The position numbers were made by a program, and so were the translations under genes. 32,000 bases of DNA from Micrococcus luteus NCTC 2665 (lineage in GTDB: Bacteria; Actinomycetota; Actinomycetes; Actinomycetales; Micrococcaceae). Below the pieces are notes generated by a model. That model did not search any database and was not told the origin of the DNA. It saw only the letters and a program-made list of their open reading frames with translations. Below, piece by piece: positions 18,845 to 28,325 of the stretch (positions within the stretch are counted from its first letter, which is position 1; every line of letters starts with the position of its first letter). Where the stretch lies: NCBI RefSeq assembly GCF_000023205.1, contig NC_012803.1:210001-242000 (forward strand), in the 5' to 3' direction.

Positions 18845-19438
18845 ATGGCCACCCCTCTCCTGGAGCTCGCCGCGAGTCGAGGCGTCTGCTTCCCGCTGCG
18901 CACCCGCCGGCTGACCCTCACCCCGTTCCGGGGTCTCGATGCACCCTCCGTGTGGGGCTTCTGCCGTCGTGAGCAGGTGTGGGCGTGGACCTCCGGCCGC
19001 CCGGAGAGTGAGGGCGCGCTGCGTGAGTCCTACCTCGGGGCGGGGGACCGCCTCACCGTGCGGGCTGGAGACGTCATCATCGGTGTCGGGAAGGTCGCGG
19101 TGCAGGACGCGTGGAGTCAGGGTGGCCCGCGGGAGGAAGCCCGGGACGCCCAGGCCGAGCTCGGCTGGACGATCGATCCGCGCCAGGCGGGGCAGGGCTA
19201 TGGCACGGAGCTTGCTCGAGCCCTGCTGGGCTTCGCGTTCAACGATCTCGGTGTGCGGCGCGTGGAGGCTCACGCCTTCGCGGACAACGCTCCGAGTCTG
19301 CGCATCATGGAGAAGGTGGGGATGCGTCACGAGGGCACGTTCAAGGAGGAGTCTCTGCATCTCACGCGCGGTTGGGTGGATGGTGCCACCTACGCGATGC
19401 TCGCCTCGGAGTTCCATTCGTCCCTCACGCAGGAGTGA
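18845..19438 (+). CDS. GNAT-family N-acetyltransferase (RimJ/RimL-like, Acetyltransf_3 type)
   Basis: 197 aa from ATG 18845. It shows LRTRRLTLTPF..., the acetyl-CoA-binding pattern QAGQGYGTELARALLGFAF, LGVRRVEAHAFADNAPSLRIMEKVGMRHEG and a C-terminal ...WVDGATYAML. Confidence 0.8.
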   Translation: MATPLLELAASRGVCFPLRTRRLTLTPFRGLDAPSVWGFCRREQVWAWTSGRPESEGALRESYLGAGDRLTVRAGDVIIGVGKVAVQDAWSQGGPREEARDAQAELGWTIDPRQAGQGYGTELARALLGFAFNDLGVRRVEAHAFADNAPSLRIMEKVGMRHEGTFKEESLHLTRGWVDGATYAMLASEFHSSLTQE

Positions 19439-19510
19439 TCCCGGCGGCCGGGCGTCAGTGGACCGGGAAGGGGTACCGGTGTCCGCAGTGCCGCTCCGCC
19501 TCCCAGGGCC

Positions 19511-19966
19511 GTGTGCCAGCATGGGGCTGTGAGCCGGGTGGGGAATGAGCGTGAGTGGCGGTGGCGCATTGGTGTGGCGTCTGCCCTGGTGGGTTCGGCC
19601 GGTGTGTTCGCGGGGCTGCGGCAGGACCTGGGGCTGGGCTGGGGTCTGACGCTGGTGGCCGTCACGGCCCTCGGGGCGATGCTCGCCCTGCGAGGGGTGC
19701 ATCACCGGGTCGAGGCGGAGCAGGCTCGCCGCAACGTGTTCTACGCCGGAGCCGGCTCCACCGCGTGGGTGATGCTGCTGATGGGGGCCGCGGTCATTCC
19801 GGGGCTGGCGCTGAACGCGATCGACGACGCCGGCGTCCGGGCGGTCGGGGCCGGTCTGCTCGGCGCGGTGCTCACTGCCGCCGCCCACGGCATCCTCGCG
19901 GCGACGACGACGCTCGAGGAGCAGCCGCGGCCCGAGCCGGTCCCTCTGGACCGGCACGGGCGCTGA
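19511..19966 (+). CDS. hypothetical membrane protein (3-4 TM helices)
   Basis: Hydrophobic helices with reasonable GC3 bias, although with more G/T-ending codons than neighbouring core genes. The start is ambiguous (GTG 19511, 19529 or 19538). Confidence 0.45.
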   Translation: MCQHGAVSRVGNEREWRWRIGVASALVGSAGVFAGLRQDLGLGWGLTLVAVTALGAMLALRGVHHRVEAEQARRNVFYAGAGSTAWVMLLMGAAVIPGLALNAIDDAGVRAVGAGLLGAVLTAAAHGILAATTTLEEQPRPEPVPLDRHGR

Positions 19967-19991
19967 CGTCGGGGTCATGGTCCCACACTCC

Positions 19992-20018
19992 TGAACACTG
20001 TTCAATGAACACTGTTAG
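19992..20018. promoter_or_regulatory. two tandem BioQ-type operators (TGAACACTGTTCA and TGAACACTGTTAG) overlapping a -10 TAGAGT (20016-20021) upstream of bioB
   Basis: Site 1 (19992-20004) is a perfect TGAAC-N3-GTTCA palindrome. As I remember it, this is the motif reported for the TetR-family biotin repressor BioQ in Corynebacterium and Mycobacterium. Site 2 (20006-20018) follows after 1 nt. Confidence 0.6.
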
Positions 20019-20073
20019 AGTCCGTCGGGTCAGACCCACCCGGGGCCGAGCCCCACCCACCGGAGAGGCCCGC

Positions 20074-21312
20074 ATGACCGCCACCCAGGACGCCCCCGCC
20101 GTCGACCCCCGCCCCGCCGCCGCCCTCGAGCCCGAGGCCCTCGTGGACCGCATCGAGGCGGGCCACCGCCTCACCGCTGAAGAGGCCGTCGCTGTGCTGG
20201 ACGCCCCGGACGCGGACACGTTCCGCATCGTCGCGGCGGCCTCGCGCCTGCGCGAGAAGCACTTCGGCCGCACGGTCAAGGTCAACTACCTGGTCAGCCT
20301 CAAGACCGGCCTCTGCCCGGAGAACTGCACCTACTGCTCCCAGCGTCTCGGCACCGAGGCCGAGATCCTGCGCTACACGTGGCTCAAGCCGGAGGAGGCC
20401 GTCCGCCAGGCGGGCCTGGGCATCGCCGGCGGCGCCTCGCGCGTGTGCATGGTCGCCTCCGGCACCGGCCCCACGGACCGCGACGTCGACCGCGTGGCCG
20501 GCATGGTCGGCGACCTCAAGGCCCAGCACCCGGACGTCGAGGTGTGCGCGTGCCTCGGCTTCCTCAAGGACGGCCAGGCCGAGAAGCTCAAGGACGCCGG
20601 CGTCGACGCCTACAACCACAACCTCAACACGGCCGAGTCCCACTACGAGTCCATCTGCACTTCCCACACCTACGAGCAGCGCGTGGACACCGTGCAGCGG
20701 GCCGGCGCCGCCGGTCTGTCCTCCTGCAGCGGCCTGATCGCGGGCATGGGGGAGACGCACGAGCAGCTCGTCGAGGCCGTCCTCGCGCTCCGCGACCTGG
20801 ACTCCGACTCCATTCCCGTCAACTTCCTCATGCCCTTCGACGGCACCCCGCTGCAGGGCCACCAGCAGCTCACCCCGCTCGAGTGCCTCCGCATCCTCGC
20901 CATGGTCCGCCTGGCCTGCCCGGACAAGGAGCTGCGCATCGCCGGCGGCCGCGAGATGCACCTGCGCTCCCTGCAGCCGGTCGGCCTGCAGGTTGCCAAC
21001 TCGATCTTCCTCGGTGACTACCTCACCTCCGAGGGCCAGGACGCCGAGGCGGACCTGCAGATGATCGCCGACGCCGGCTTCACCGTGCTCGGCGCCGAGG
21101 AACGCACGCAGCGGGCCGCGGCCGACGGCGGCGCCCCGGCCGGCGGCTGCTGCGGCGGCACGACCGACGCCGGCCCGTGCGGCTCCGGGGCGGCCGTCGC
21201 CTCGGAGGCCGGGGTCGCGGAGGACGCCCGACCCGACACGGGCGCCGAGGCCACCGTGAAGCCCGAGCTGCGCCGCCGGGGCGCGGGCACGGCCGAACCC
21301 GCCAACGCCTGA
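20074..21312 (+). CDS. bioB: biotin synthase with an unusually long Cys-containing C-terminal extension
   Basis: Radical-SAM motif [10 protein letters not shown], BioB-like sequence throughout, GGAGAG RBS. It is 412 aa, against roughly 330-350 aa for typical BioB. Confidence 0.9.
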   Translation: MTATQDAPAVDPRPAAALEPEALVDRIEAGHRLTAEEAVAVLDAPDADTFRIVAAASRLREKHFGRTVKVNYLVSLKTGLCPENCTYCSQRLGTEAEILRYTWLKPEEAVRQAGLGIAGGASRVCMVASGTGPTDRDVDRVAGMVGDLKAQHPDVEVCACLGFLKDGQAEKLKDAGVDAYNHNLNTAESHYESICTSHTYEQRVDTVQRAGAAGLSSCSGLIAGMGETHEQLVEAVLALRDLDSDSIPVNFLMPFDGTPLQGHQQLTPLECLRILAMVRLACPDKELRIAGGREMHLRSLQPVGLQVANSIFLGDYLTSEGQDAEADLQMIADAGFTVLGAEERTQRAAADGGAPAGGCCGGTTDAGPCGSGAAVASEAGVAEDARPDTGAEATVKPELRRRGAGTAEPANA

Positions 21313-21329
21313 ACCCGCCGTGACCGTGA

Positions 21330-21360
21330 CGGTCAGCGCGTCATGTCGGCGCGCTGACCG
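21330..21360. terminator. hairpin CGGTCAGCGCG tcatgtcgg CGCGCTGACCG between convergent bioB and a membrane-protein gene
   Basis: Perfect 11-bp stem with a 9-nt loop. Confidence 0.6.
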
Positions 21361-21378
21361 CCGTCGTCGGGAGCGTGC

Positions 21379-21930
21379 TCAGCGAACGGCGCGGATCCGC
21401 CGCACCACGCACACCACGATCACCGCGAGACCGGTGAGCGCGCTGACGGCCGCGAGGGCGAGGCCGCCCACGAGGCCGACGTCCATCGCGGTGCTCTTGC
21501 CGAGCAGGTCCATGAGCACCGGGGTCGTGGCGCCGGAGTCCGGGTGGTCGCCGCCGTCGGGGAAGATGATCGCGGCCAGCGCGAAGGACCCCCAGGAGAC
21601 GCCCAGCAGCGTGTGCAGCAGGCGCCCCAGCCGGATGCCGCCCCGCTGCTCATCCTGCGGGTTCACGCGGGGCAGGAGGAACAGGCTCCCCACCATGAGC
21701 ATGAGGAAGAGCTCGTGGGGCAGGGCGCCGAAGACCATGTAGATGACCGTCATCCAGCCGTTCGCGCCGAAGTTGGAGCGCAGGGCGAGCGCGATCAAGG
21801 GCAGGGCGAGGAGGGCCAGCGCCCACGGCAGCACGGCCCAGGGGCGCCACGTGCCCACGCTCGGGCCCTTGCGGGTGGGGGTCGGGGTGGCGACGTCCGA
21901 GTGCTGGGTGCGGGGCGCTGCGGTGCTCAT
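21379..21930 (-). CDS. hypothetical integral membrane protein (about 5 TM helices)
   Basis: Start MSTAAPRTQH at 21930. It has a Pro/Thr-rich N-terminus followed by hydrophobic helices. No recognisable family. Confidence 0.55.
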   Translation of the reverse strand: MSTAAPRTQHSDVATPTPTRKGPSVGTWRPWAVLPWALALLALPLIALALRSNFGANGWMTVIYMVFGALPHELFLMLMVGSLFLLPRVNPQDEQRGGIRLGRLLHTLLGVSWGSFALAAIIFPDGGDHPDSGATTPVLMDLLGKSTAMDVGLVGGLALAAVSALTGLAVIVVCVVRRIRAVR

Positions 21931-22066
21931 GGAGCCAGCGTAGCCAGAGGGTGGCATCCGTCACGCTGGTAGGATTCGGGGGTACGGCCTCCGTGCGCAC
22001 CGCAAGGGGGCGTTTTCCATATACGGGCCGGTCCGGGACGACCCGCGGCCCTGAGGAGAGATGCAG

Positions 22067-23356
22067 ATGCCAGCGATCGCGATCGTCGGAGCCCAGTGGG
22101 GCGACGAGGGCAAGGGCAAGGCCACGGACCTGCTGGGCGGGCGAGTGGACTACGTCGTCAAGCCGAACGGCGGCAACAACGCCGGGCACACCGTCGTCGT
22201 CAACGGGGAGAAGTTCGAGCTCAAGCTGCTGCCCGCCGGCATCCTCTCCCCCAACGCGGTGCCGGTGATCGGCAACGGCGTGGTGGTGAACCTGGAGGCG
22301 CTGTTCGAGGAGATCGACGGGCTCGAGTCCCGCGGCCACTCGTGCGAGCACCTGAAGATCTCCGCCAACGCCCACCTCGTGGCGCCGTACCACCAGACCA
22401 TGGACAAGGTGACCGAGCGGTTCCTGGGCCAGCGCGCGATCGGCACCACCGGCCGCGGCATCGGCCCCACCTACATGGACAAGGTGGCCCGCCTGGGCAT
22501 CCGCGTGCAGGACATCTTCGACGAGTCGATCCTGCGGCAGAAGATCGAGGGCGCCCTGCGGCAGAAGAACGAGCTGCTGGTGAAGCTCTACAACCGCCGC
22601 GCCGTGACCGTGGACGAGATCGCCGAGTACTTCCTGGGCTACGCGGACCGCCTGCGCCCCATGGTCGTGGACTCCGTGAACCTGCTCAACGACGCCCTGG
22701 ACGAGGGCAAGGTGGTGCTCATGGAGGGCGGCCAGGCCACCTACCTGGACGTGGACCACGGCACCTACCCGTTCGTGACCTCGTCCAACCCGACCGCCGG
22801 CGGCGCGGCCGTGGGCGCGGGCATCGGCCCCACCCGCTTCTCCCGGACCATCGGCATCGTGAAGGCCTACACCACGCGCGTCGGCGCCGGCCCGTTCCCC
22901 ACGGAGCTCTTCGACGAGATGGGCGAGCAGCTGCGCACCACCGGCGGCGAGTTCGGCGTGAACACCGGCCGCCCGCGGCGCACCGGCTGGTACGACGCCG
23001 TCATGGCCCACTACGCCGCGCGGATCAACGGCTTCACGGACTACTTCCTCACCAAGCTGGACGTGCTCACCGGCATCGAGAAGATCCCGGTGTGCGTGGC
23101 CTACGAGGTGGACGGCGTGCGCCACGACCGCATGCCCATGACCCAGACCGAGTTCCACCACGCGAAGCCGGTCTACGAGCTCTTCGACGGGTGGACCGAG
23201 GACATCTCCGGCGCCCGCGCGTTCACGGATCTGCCGCTGAACGCCCAGCACTACGTGGAGGCCCTCGAGAAGCTCTCCGGCTGCCGGATCTCGGCGATCG
23301 GCGTGGGCCCGGGCCGCGACCAGGTGGTCCAGGTCCGGGACCTCATCCAGGACTGA
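22067..23356 (+). CDS. purA: adenylosuccinate synthetase
   Basis: [22 protein letters not shown]-loop and full-length similarity. ATG 22067 has better spacing from the GAGGAGAG RBS (22053-22060) than ATG 22061. Confidence 0.95.
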   Translation: MPAIAIVGAQWGDEGKGKATDLLGGRVDYVVKPNGGNNAGHTVVVNGEKFELKLLPAGILSPNAVPVIGNGVVVNLEALFEEIDGLESRGHSCEHLKISANAHLVAPYHQTMDKVTERFLGQRAIGTTGRGIGPTYMDKVARLGIRVQDIFDESILRQKIEGALRQKNELLVKLYNRRAVTVDEIAEYFLGYADRLRPMVVDSVNLLNDALDEGKVVLMEGGQATYLDVDHGTYPFVTSSNPTAGGAAVGAGIGPTRFSRTIGIVKAYTTRVGAGPFPTELFDEMGEQLRTTGGEFGVNTGRPRRTGWYDAVMAHYAARINGFTDYFLTKLDVLTGIEKIPVCVAYEVDGVRHDRMPMTQTEFHHAKPVYELFDGWTEDISGARAFTDLPLNAQHYVEALEKLSGCRISAIGVGPGRDQVVQVRDLIQD

Positions 23357-23421
23357 CCCGGCCCGCCGCCCCGCACCCAGCCCACCCTGGCCTGCACTTT
23401 CGAACGTGGAAGAGGGCGAAT

Positions 23422-23470
23422 GGGCGCTTTCGAACGTGAGATAGGCCCTATCTCACGTTCGAAAGCGCCC
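23422..23470. terminator. 49-nt perfect palindrome (24-bp arms) between convergent purA and the catalase gene
   Basis: GGGCGCTTTCGAACGTGAGATAGG c CCTATCTCACGTTCGAAAGCGCCC. A partial direct copy, CTTTCGAACGTG, lies at 23397-23408. Confidence 0.7.
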
Positions 23471-23484
23471 GGGGGTCCGCCGGG

Positions 23485-25704
<2,220 letters not shown>

Positions 25705-25875
25705 CGCGTCTGCTCCTGTGGTGTCGACGTGCCGCGCGGTGCCGCGCGGATCGGGGGGCGGACGACAACGGCGGCCGCTGCGGGCCGACGTCGTGCCCGG
25801 TCTCCAGCGTGGCGGCCGGCCGCGGCGCTGACCAGGGGTCACGGCCACCGGCGGGGGCCTGGCTACCCTGGGGGC

Positions 25876-26661
25876 ATGAGGATCAGCGTCGGACAGTTCG
25901 GGCCCGTGGGCGACGTCGAGGCGAACCTGGCCGTGATGGCCCGCCTCGCCGCCCGCGCCGCGGGCGAGGGGGCGGACCTGCTGGTGCTGCCCGAGGAGGC
26001 CATGCTCGGGGCCCGCGAGGTGGGGGAGGAGTTCCCCGACGCCGTCGCCACGGCCTGGGAGCCGTTCGCCGCGGGCCTGGCGGCGCTGGCGCGTGAGCAC
26101 GGGATCGCCGTCGTCGCGGGCGGCTACGAGCCGGGACCGGACCGGCGTCCCTACAACACGCTGCTGGCGGTGGGCGCGGACGGCGCCCGGCTGGGCGCGT
26201 ACCGCAAGCTCCACCTCTACGACGCGTTCGCGCACCGCGAGTCGGACCGGATCACCCCCGGCGACGGCGGCGTCGCGGCGATCGAGCTCGGCGGGCTCCG
26301 CCTGGGCCTGCTCACCTGCTACGACCTGCGCTTCCCCGAGCTGTCCCGGCGTCTGGCGGTGGAGGGCGCGGACGTGCTCGTGATCCCCGCGGCGTGGTTC
26401 TCCGGTGAGCACAAGGTGGACCACTGGCGCACCCTGCTCAAGGCCCGCGCGGTGGAGAACACGGTGTGGGTGGCCGCGGCCGACACGTGCTCGGACGGCA
26501 CCGTGGGCCACTCGATGATCGTGGACCCGCTGGCGCTGCCCGTCGCCGAGCTCGCCGACGAGCGGGAGGCCGTGGTGACCGCGGAGGTCAGCCGCGAGCG
26601 GATCGACGAGGTCCGGGAGTTCCTCCCCTCGCTCGCCAACCGCCGCACCGACGTCCTCTGA
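25876..26661 (+). CDS. carbon-nitrogen hydrolase (nitrilase superfamily) protein
   Basis: 261 aa with Glu (LLVLPEE), Lys (YRKLHLYD) and Cys (LLTCYDLRFPE) catalytic-triad contexts. TACCCT lies 6 nt upstream of the ATG, which suggests a leaderless transcript. Confidence 0.85.
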   Translation: MRISVGQFGPVGDVEANLAVMARLAARAAGEGADLLVLPEEAMLGAREVGEEFPDAVATAWEPFAAGLAALAREHGIAVVAGGYEPGPDRRPYNTLLAVGADGARLGAYRKLHLYDAFAHRESDRITPGDGGVAAIELGGLRLGLLTCYDLRFPELSRRLAVEGADVLVIPAAWFSGEHKVDHWRTLLKARAVENTVWVAAADTCSDGTVGHSMIVDPLALPVAELADEREAVVTAEVSRERIDEVREFLPSLANRRTDVL

Positions 26662-26721
26662 GCCGCCCCCGCCCGGCGGACGGGTCACCACTACCCCCTC
26701 GGGCTGGGAAAAGCCTAAAAT

Positions 26722-26762
26722 CACGTCAGACGTGCAACCAGACGTGCAACCAGACGGGCGCC
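26722..26762 (+). repeat. 13-bp palindrome CACGTCAGACGTG overlapping a 12-nt tandem repeat (CAGACGTGCAAC x2 plus a degenerate third unit)
   Basis: Units at 26727-26738, 26739-26750 and 26751-26762 (third unit 9/12). It lies just downstream of a TAAAAT hexamer (26716-26721) and 47 nt upstream of the 26809 start codon. Confidence 0.7.
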
Positions 26763-26808
26763 CTGGCGCTCGGAACGCGCCCCGCCCGGGGCGGGACGGA
26801 GATCAGAG

Positions 26809-27348
26809 ATGACCATCAACGCCGACGGCAGCCACGCCGTCCAGCCCCATACCGCGGACGCCCACACCGCTCCGGCCCGCCCCGTGCGCCACGCCGTGGT
26901 CGAGGAGGAGGTGCTCGAGCCGCTGGGCCCGGTGGAAGGCTGGGGCTTCACCAACCGCGTCATCCTCCTCTCGGTGCTCGTCGTGATCATCGGCAACGTC
27001 GTGCGCGTGCTCACCGGCGACCTGGGTGATCCGAACGGCTCCGTGGCGCTGGGCGAGACCGGCCACGGCTGGGTCGTGCTGGTGCAGTCGTTCATGTTCG
27101 GCCTGGTGGGCGGCGCCCTGGCGGGCGCGTCAGGCTACCTGGTCGTGCTGCTGATGGGCGGGGCCGCCCGCTCCGTCGTGCGCTACGTGGTCGGTGGCGT
27201 GGTCGGCGGCTTCCTCGGCGCCGTGGGCGTGTTCGCGGTGTTCTCCAACACCGCCCTCGAGGGGTCGGGCGTGCACCTGTTCTGGATGCTGCCGGTGGCC
27301 GGCCTGCTCGCCGGCCTCTGGGCGGGCGTCGTCTCCTCCCGCCGCTGA
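26809..27348 (+). CDS. hypothetical Gly-rich integral membrane protein (4 TM helices)
   Basis: GGAG RBS 7 nt upstream. A polar N-terminus of about 45 aa is followed by Gly/Val/Ala-rich helices. No recognisable family. Confidence 0.6.
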   Translation: MTINADGSHAVQPHTADAHTAPARPVRHAVVEEEVLEPLGPVEGWGFTNRVILLSVLVVIIGNVVRVLTGDLGDPNGSVALGETGHGWVVLVQSFMFGLVGGALAGASGYLVVLLMGGAARSVVRYVVGGVVGGFLGAVGVFAVFSNTALEGSGVHLFWMLPVAGLLAGLWAGVVSSRR

Positions 27349-27380
27349 TCCCCGGACCGGCGCCTCGGGCGCCGGTCGCA

Positions 27381-27425
27381 GAGAAAGGCCCCGGTCCCGG
27401 CTCTCGCCGGGCCCGGGGCCTTCTC
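27381..27425. terminator. long GC hairpin between the convergent membrane-protein and IclR genes
   Basis: GAGAAAGGCCCCGGTCCCGGC tctc GCCGGGCCCGGGGCCTTCTC, about 19 paired positions with one mismatch and one bulge. Confidence 0.75.
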
Positions 27426-27426
27426 C

Positions 27427-27469
27427 GTCATCACTCGCACCTTCGATGAGGTGGCTTCAGCCTACGAAC
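27427..27469 (-). repeat. conserved intergenic motif, copy B (inverted relative to copy A), starting at the stop codon of the IclR gene
   Basis: The reverse complement GTTCGTAGGCTGAAGCCACCTCATCGAAGGTGCGAGTGATGAC aligns with 14278-14318. Confidence 0.8.
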
Positions 27470-28175
27470 TCGCCTTGGGCTTTCCAGGGGAGTCGGCTGG
27501 GCGTTCCCTGGGAGTGTCGGTCACCCCGAGCAGGTGCGCCAGTTCGTCGGTGGCGGCGACGAGGGCCGCCCCGCATCGGTCCGCCAGCTCGTCCGTGCAG
27601 CGGTAGGCCGGCACGAGCGTGCTGAGCGCACCGACCACCGTGCCCGCCACGCTGATGGGGGCGGACAGCGAGGTGACGTCCTTCTCCACGGACCGGGTGC
27701 GCAGGGTGTAGTCCCCCGCGGCCACGCCGCCGCGCAGGGCGTCGCCCACGGCCGTGCCCGCCAGGGGGACGGTGCGTCCGACCCAGTTCGTGTGGCGGAC
27801 CGAGTGCGTGCCCTCCACGATCGCCAGGTAGACGGCGGAGTCCGGAGGGGTCGTCACCGAGAGGTAGACGGATTCGCCCGTGGCGGCCACGACGTGGTCC
27901 ATCGGCCCGCGGGCCAGCTGCACGAGCGAGTCCCGGGAGAAGGCCCGTGCCCCGAGCTGGATGAGGCGCACGCCGGGGCGGTAGGCGCCGTCGTCGTCGC
28001 GGGCCACGAAGCCGGACCCCTCGAGGCTGCGCAGCAGGCGCAGCGCCGTGGACGCCGGCAGCGCCGTGGCGCGGGCGGCCTCGGTCAGGCTCAGTCGGGG
28101 CTGCTCGGTGACGGCGGCGAGCAGGTCCAGGGCCCGGTCCACGGTGCGCGTCGAGGCGGTGGGGTTGGTGGTCAT
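27462..28175 (-). CDS. IclR-family transcriptional regulator, divergent from hutU (HutR-like)
   Basis: 237 aa with an N-terminal wHTH ([11 protein letters not shown]...[25 protein letters not shown]) and an IclR effector domain. TACGCT lies 7 nt upstream of the ATG, which suggests a leaderless transcript. Confidence 0.85.
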   Translation of the reverse strand: MTTNPTASTRTVDRALDLLAAVTEQPRLSLTEAARATALPASTALRLLRSLEGSGFVARDDDGAYRPGVRLIQLGARAFSRDSLVQLARGPMDHVVAATGESVYLSVTTPPDSAVYLAIVEGTHSVRHTNWVGRTVPLAGTAVGDALRGGVAAGDYTLRTRSVEKDVTSLSAPISVAGTVVGALSTLVPAYRCTDELADRCGAALVAATDELAHLLGVTDTPRERPADSPGKPKASS

Positions 28176-28236
28176 GACAGGGAGCGTAACGGGCGCGGGA
28201 CACGCGGATCGGGCTTGCGCGTGAGCCGAGCCACTG

Positions 28237-28272
28237 TTTCAATGTTCGGAAAGTACATGCCGAACCGTGAAA
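28237..28272. promoter_or_regulatory. imperfect AT-rich inverted repeat in the IclR/hutU divergent region, candidate operator
   Basis: TTTCAATGTTCGG N10 CCGAACCGTGAAA, with 11 of 13 arm positions complementary. Confidence 0.4.
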
Positions 28273-28325
28273 TCACAGGGGCCACCCGTCCCGGCGGCGC
28301 ACGCACCCCGTCGAGAGGAACTGCC

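Noticed and set aside
18845-19438. GNAT acetyltransferase as a toxin partner for the upstream HTH/AbiEi-like gene.
   Set aside because: It is a RimJ/RimL-type (Acetyltransf_3-like) protein, not the TacT/AtaT toxin type. It is separated from the HTH gene by two IS-derived segments, and GNAT toxins pair with RHH/DUF1778 antitoxins.
21996-22020. Small hairpin CGCACC gcaag GGGGCG followed by TTTT in the purA leader, considered as an attenuator or riboswitch terminator.
   Set aside because: The stem is only about 5-6 bp with an A-G mismatch. No conserved aptamer-like sequence lies upstream, and I know of no purA riboswitch in this clade.
25729-25748. Tandem 10-mer GTGCCGCGCG x2 upstream of the catalase gene, considered as a redox-regulator operator.
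   Set aside because: This is a low-complexity GC-rich sequence that could arise by chance or slippage in this genome. It does not resemble any Fur/PerR/OxyR-type box I know. Noted only.
25705-26724. N-terminal 340 residues of the 1079-aa ORF 23485-26724, which would make a giant catalase fusion.
   Set aside because: This part is antisense to the well-supported C-N hydrolase gene and is low-complexity. The catalase has a good ATG with an AGGAGC RBS at 25704 and a normal HPII length from there.
26727-26762. Tandem 12-mers considered as a CRISPR-like array.
   Set aside because: The units are directly adjacent with no spacers, there are only about 2.5 copies, the units are far too short, and no cas genes are present.
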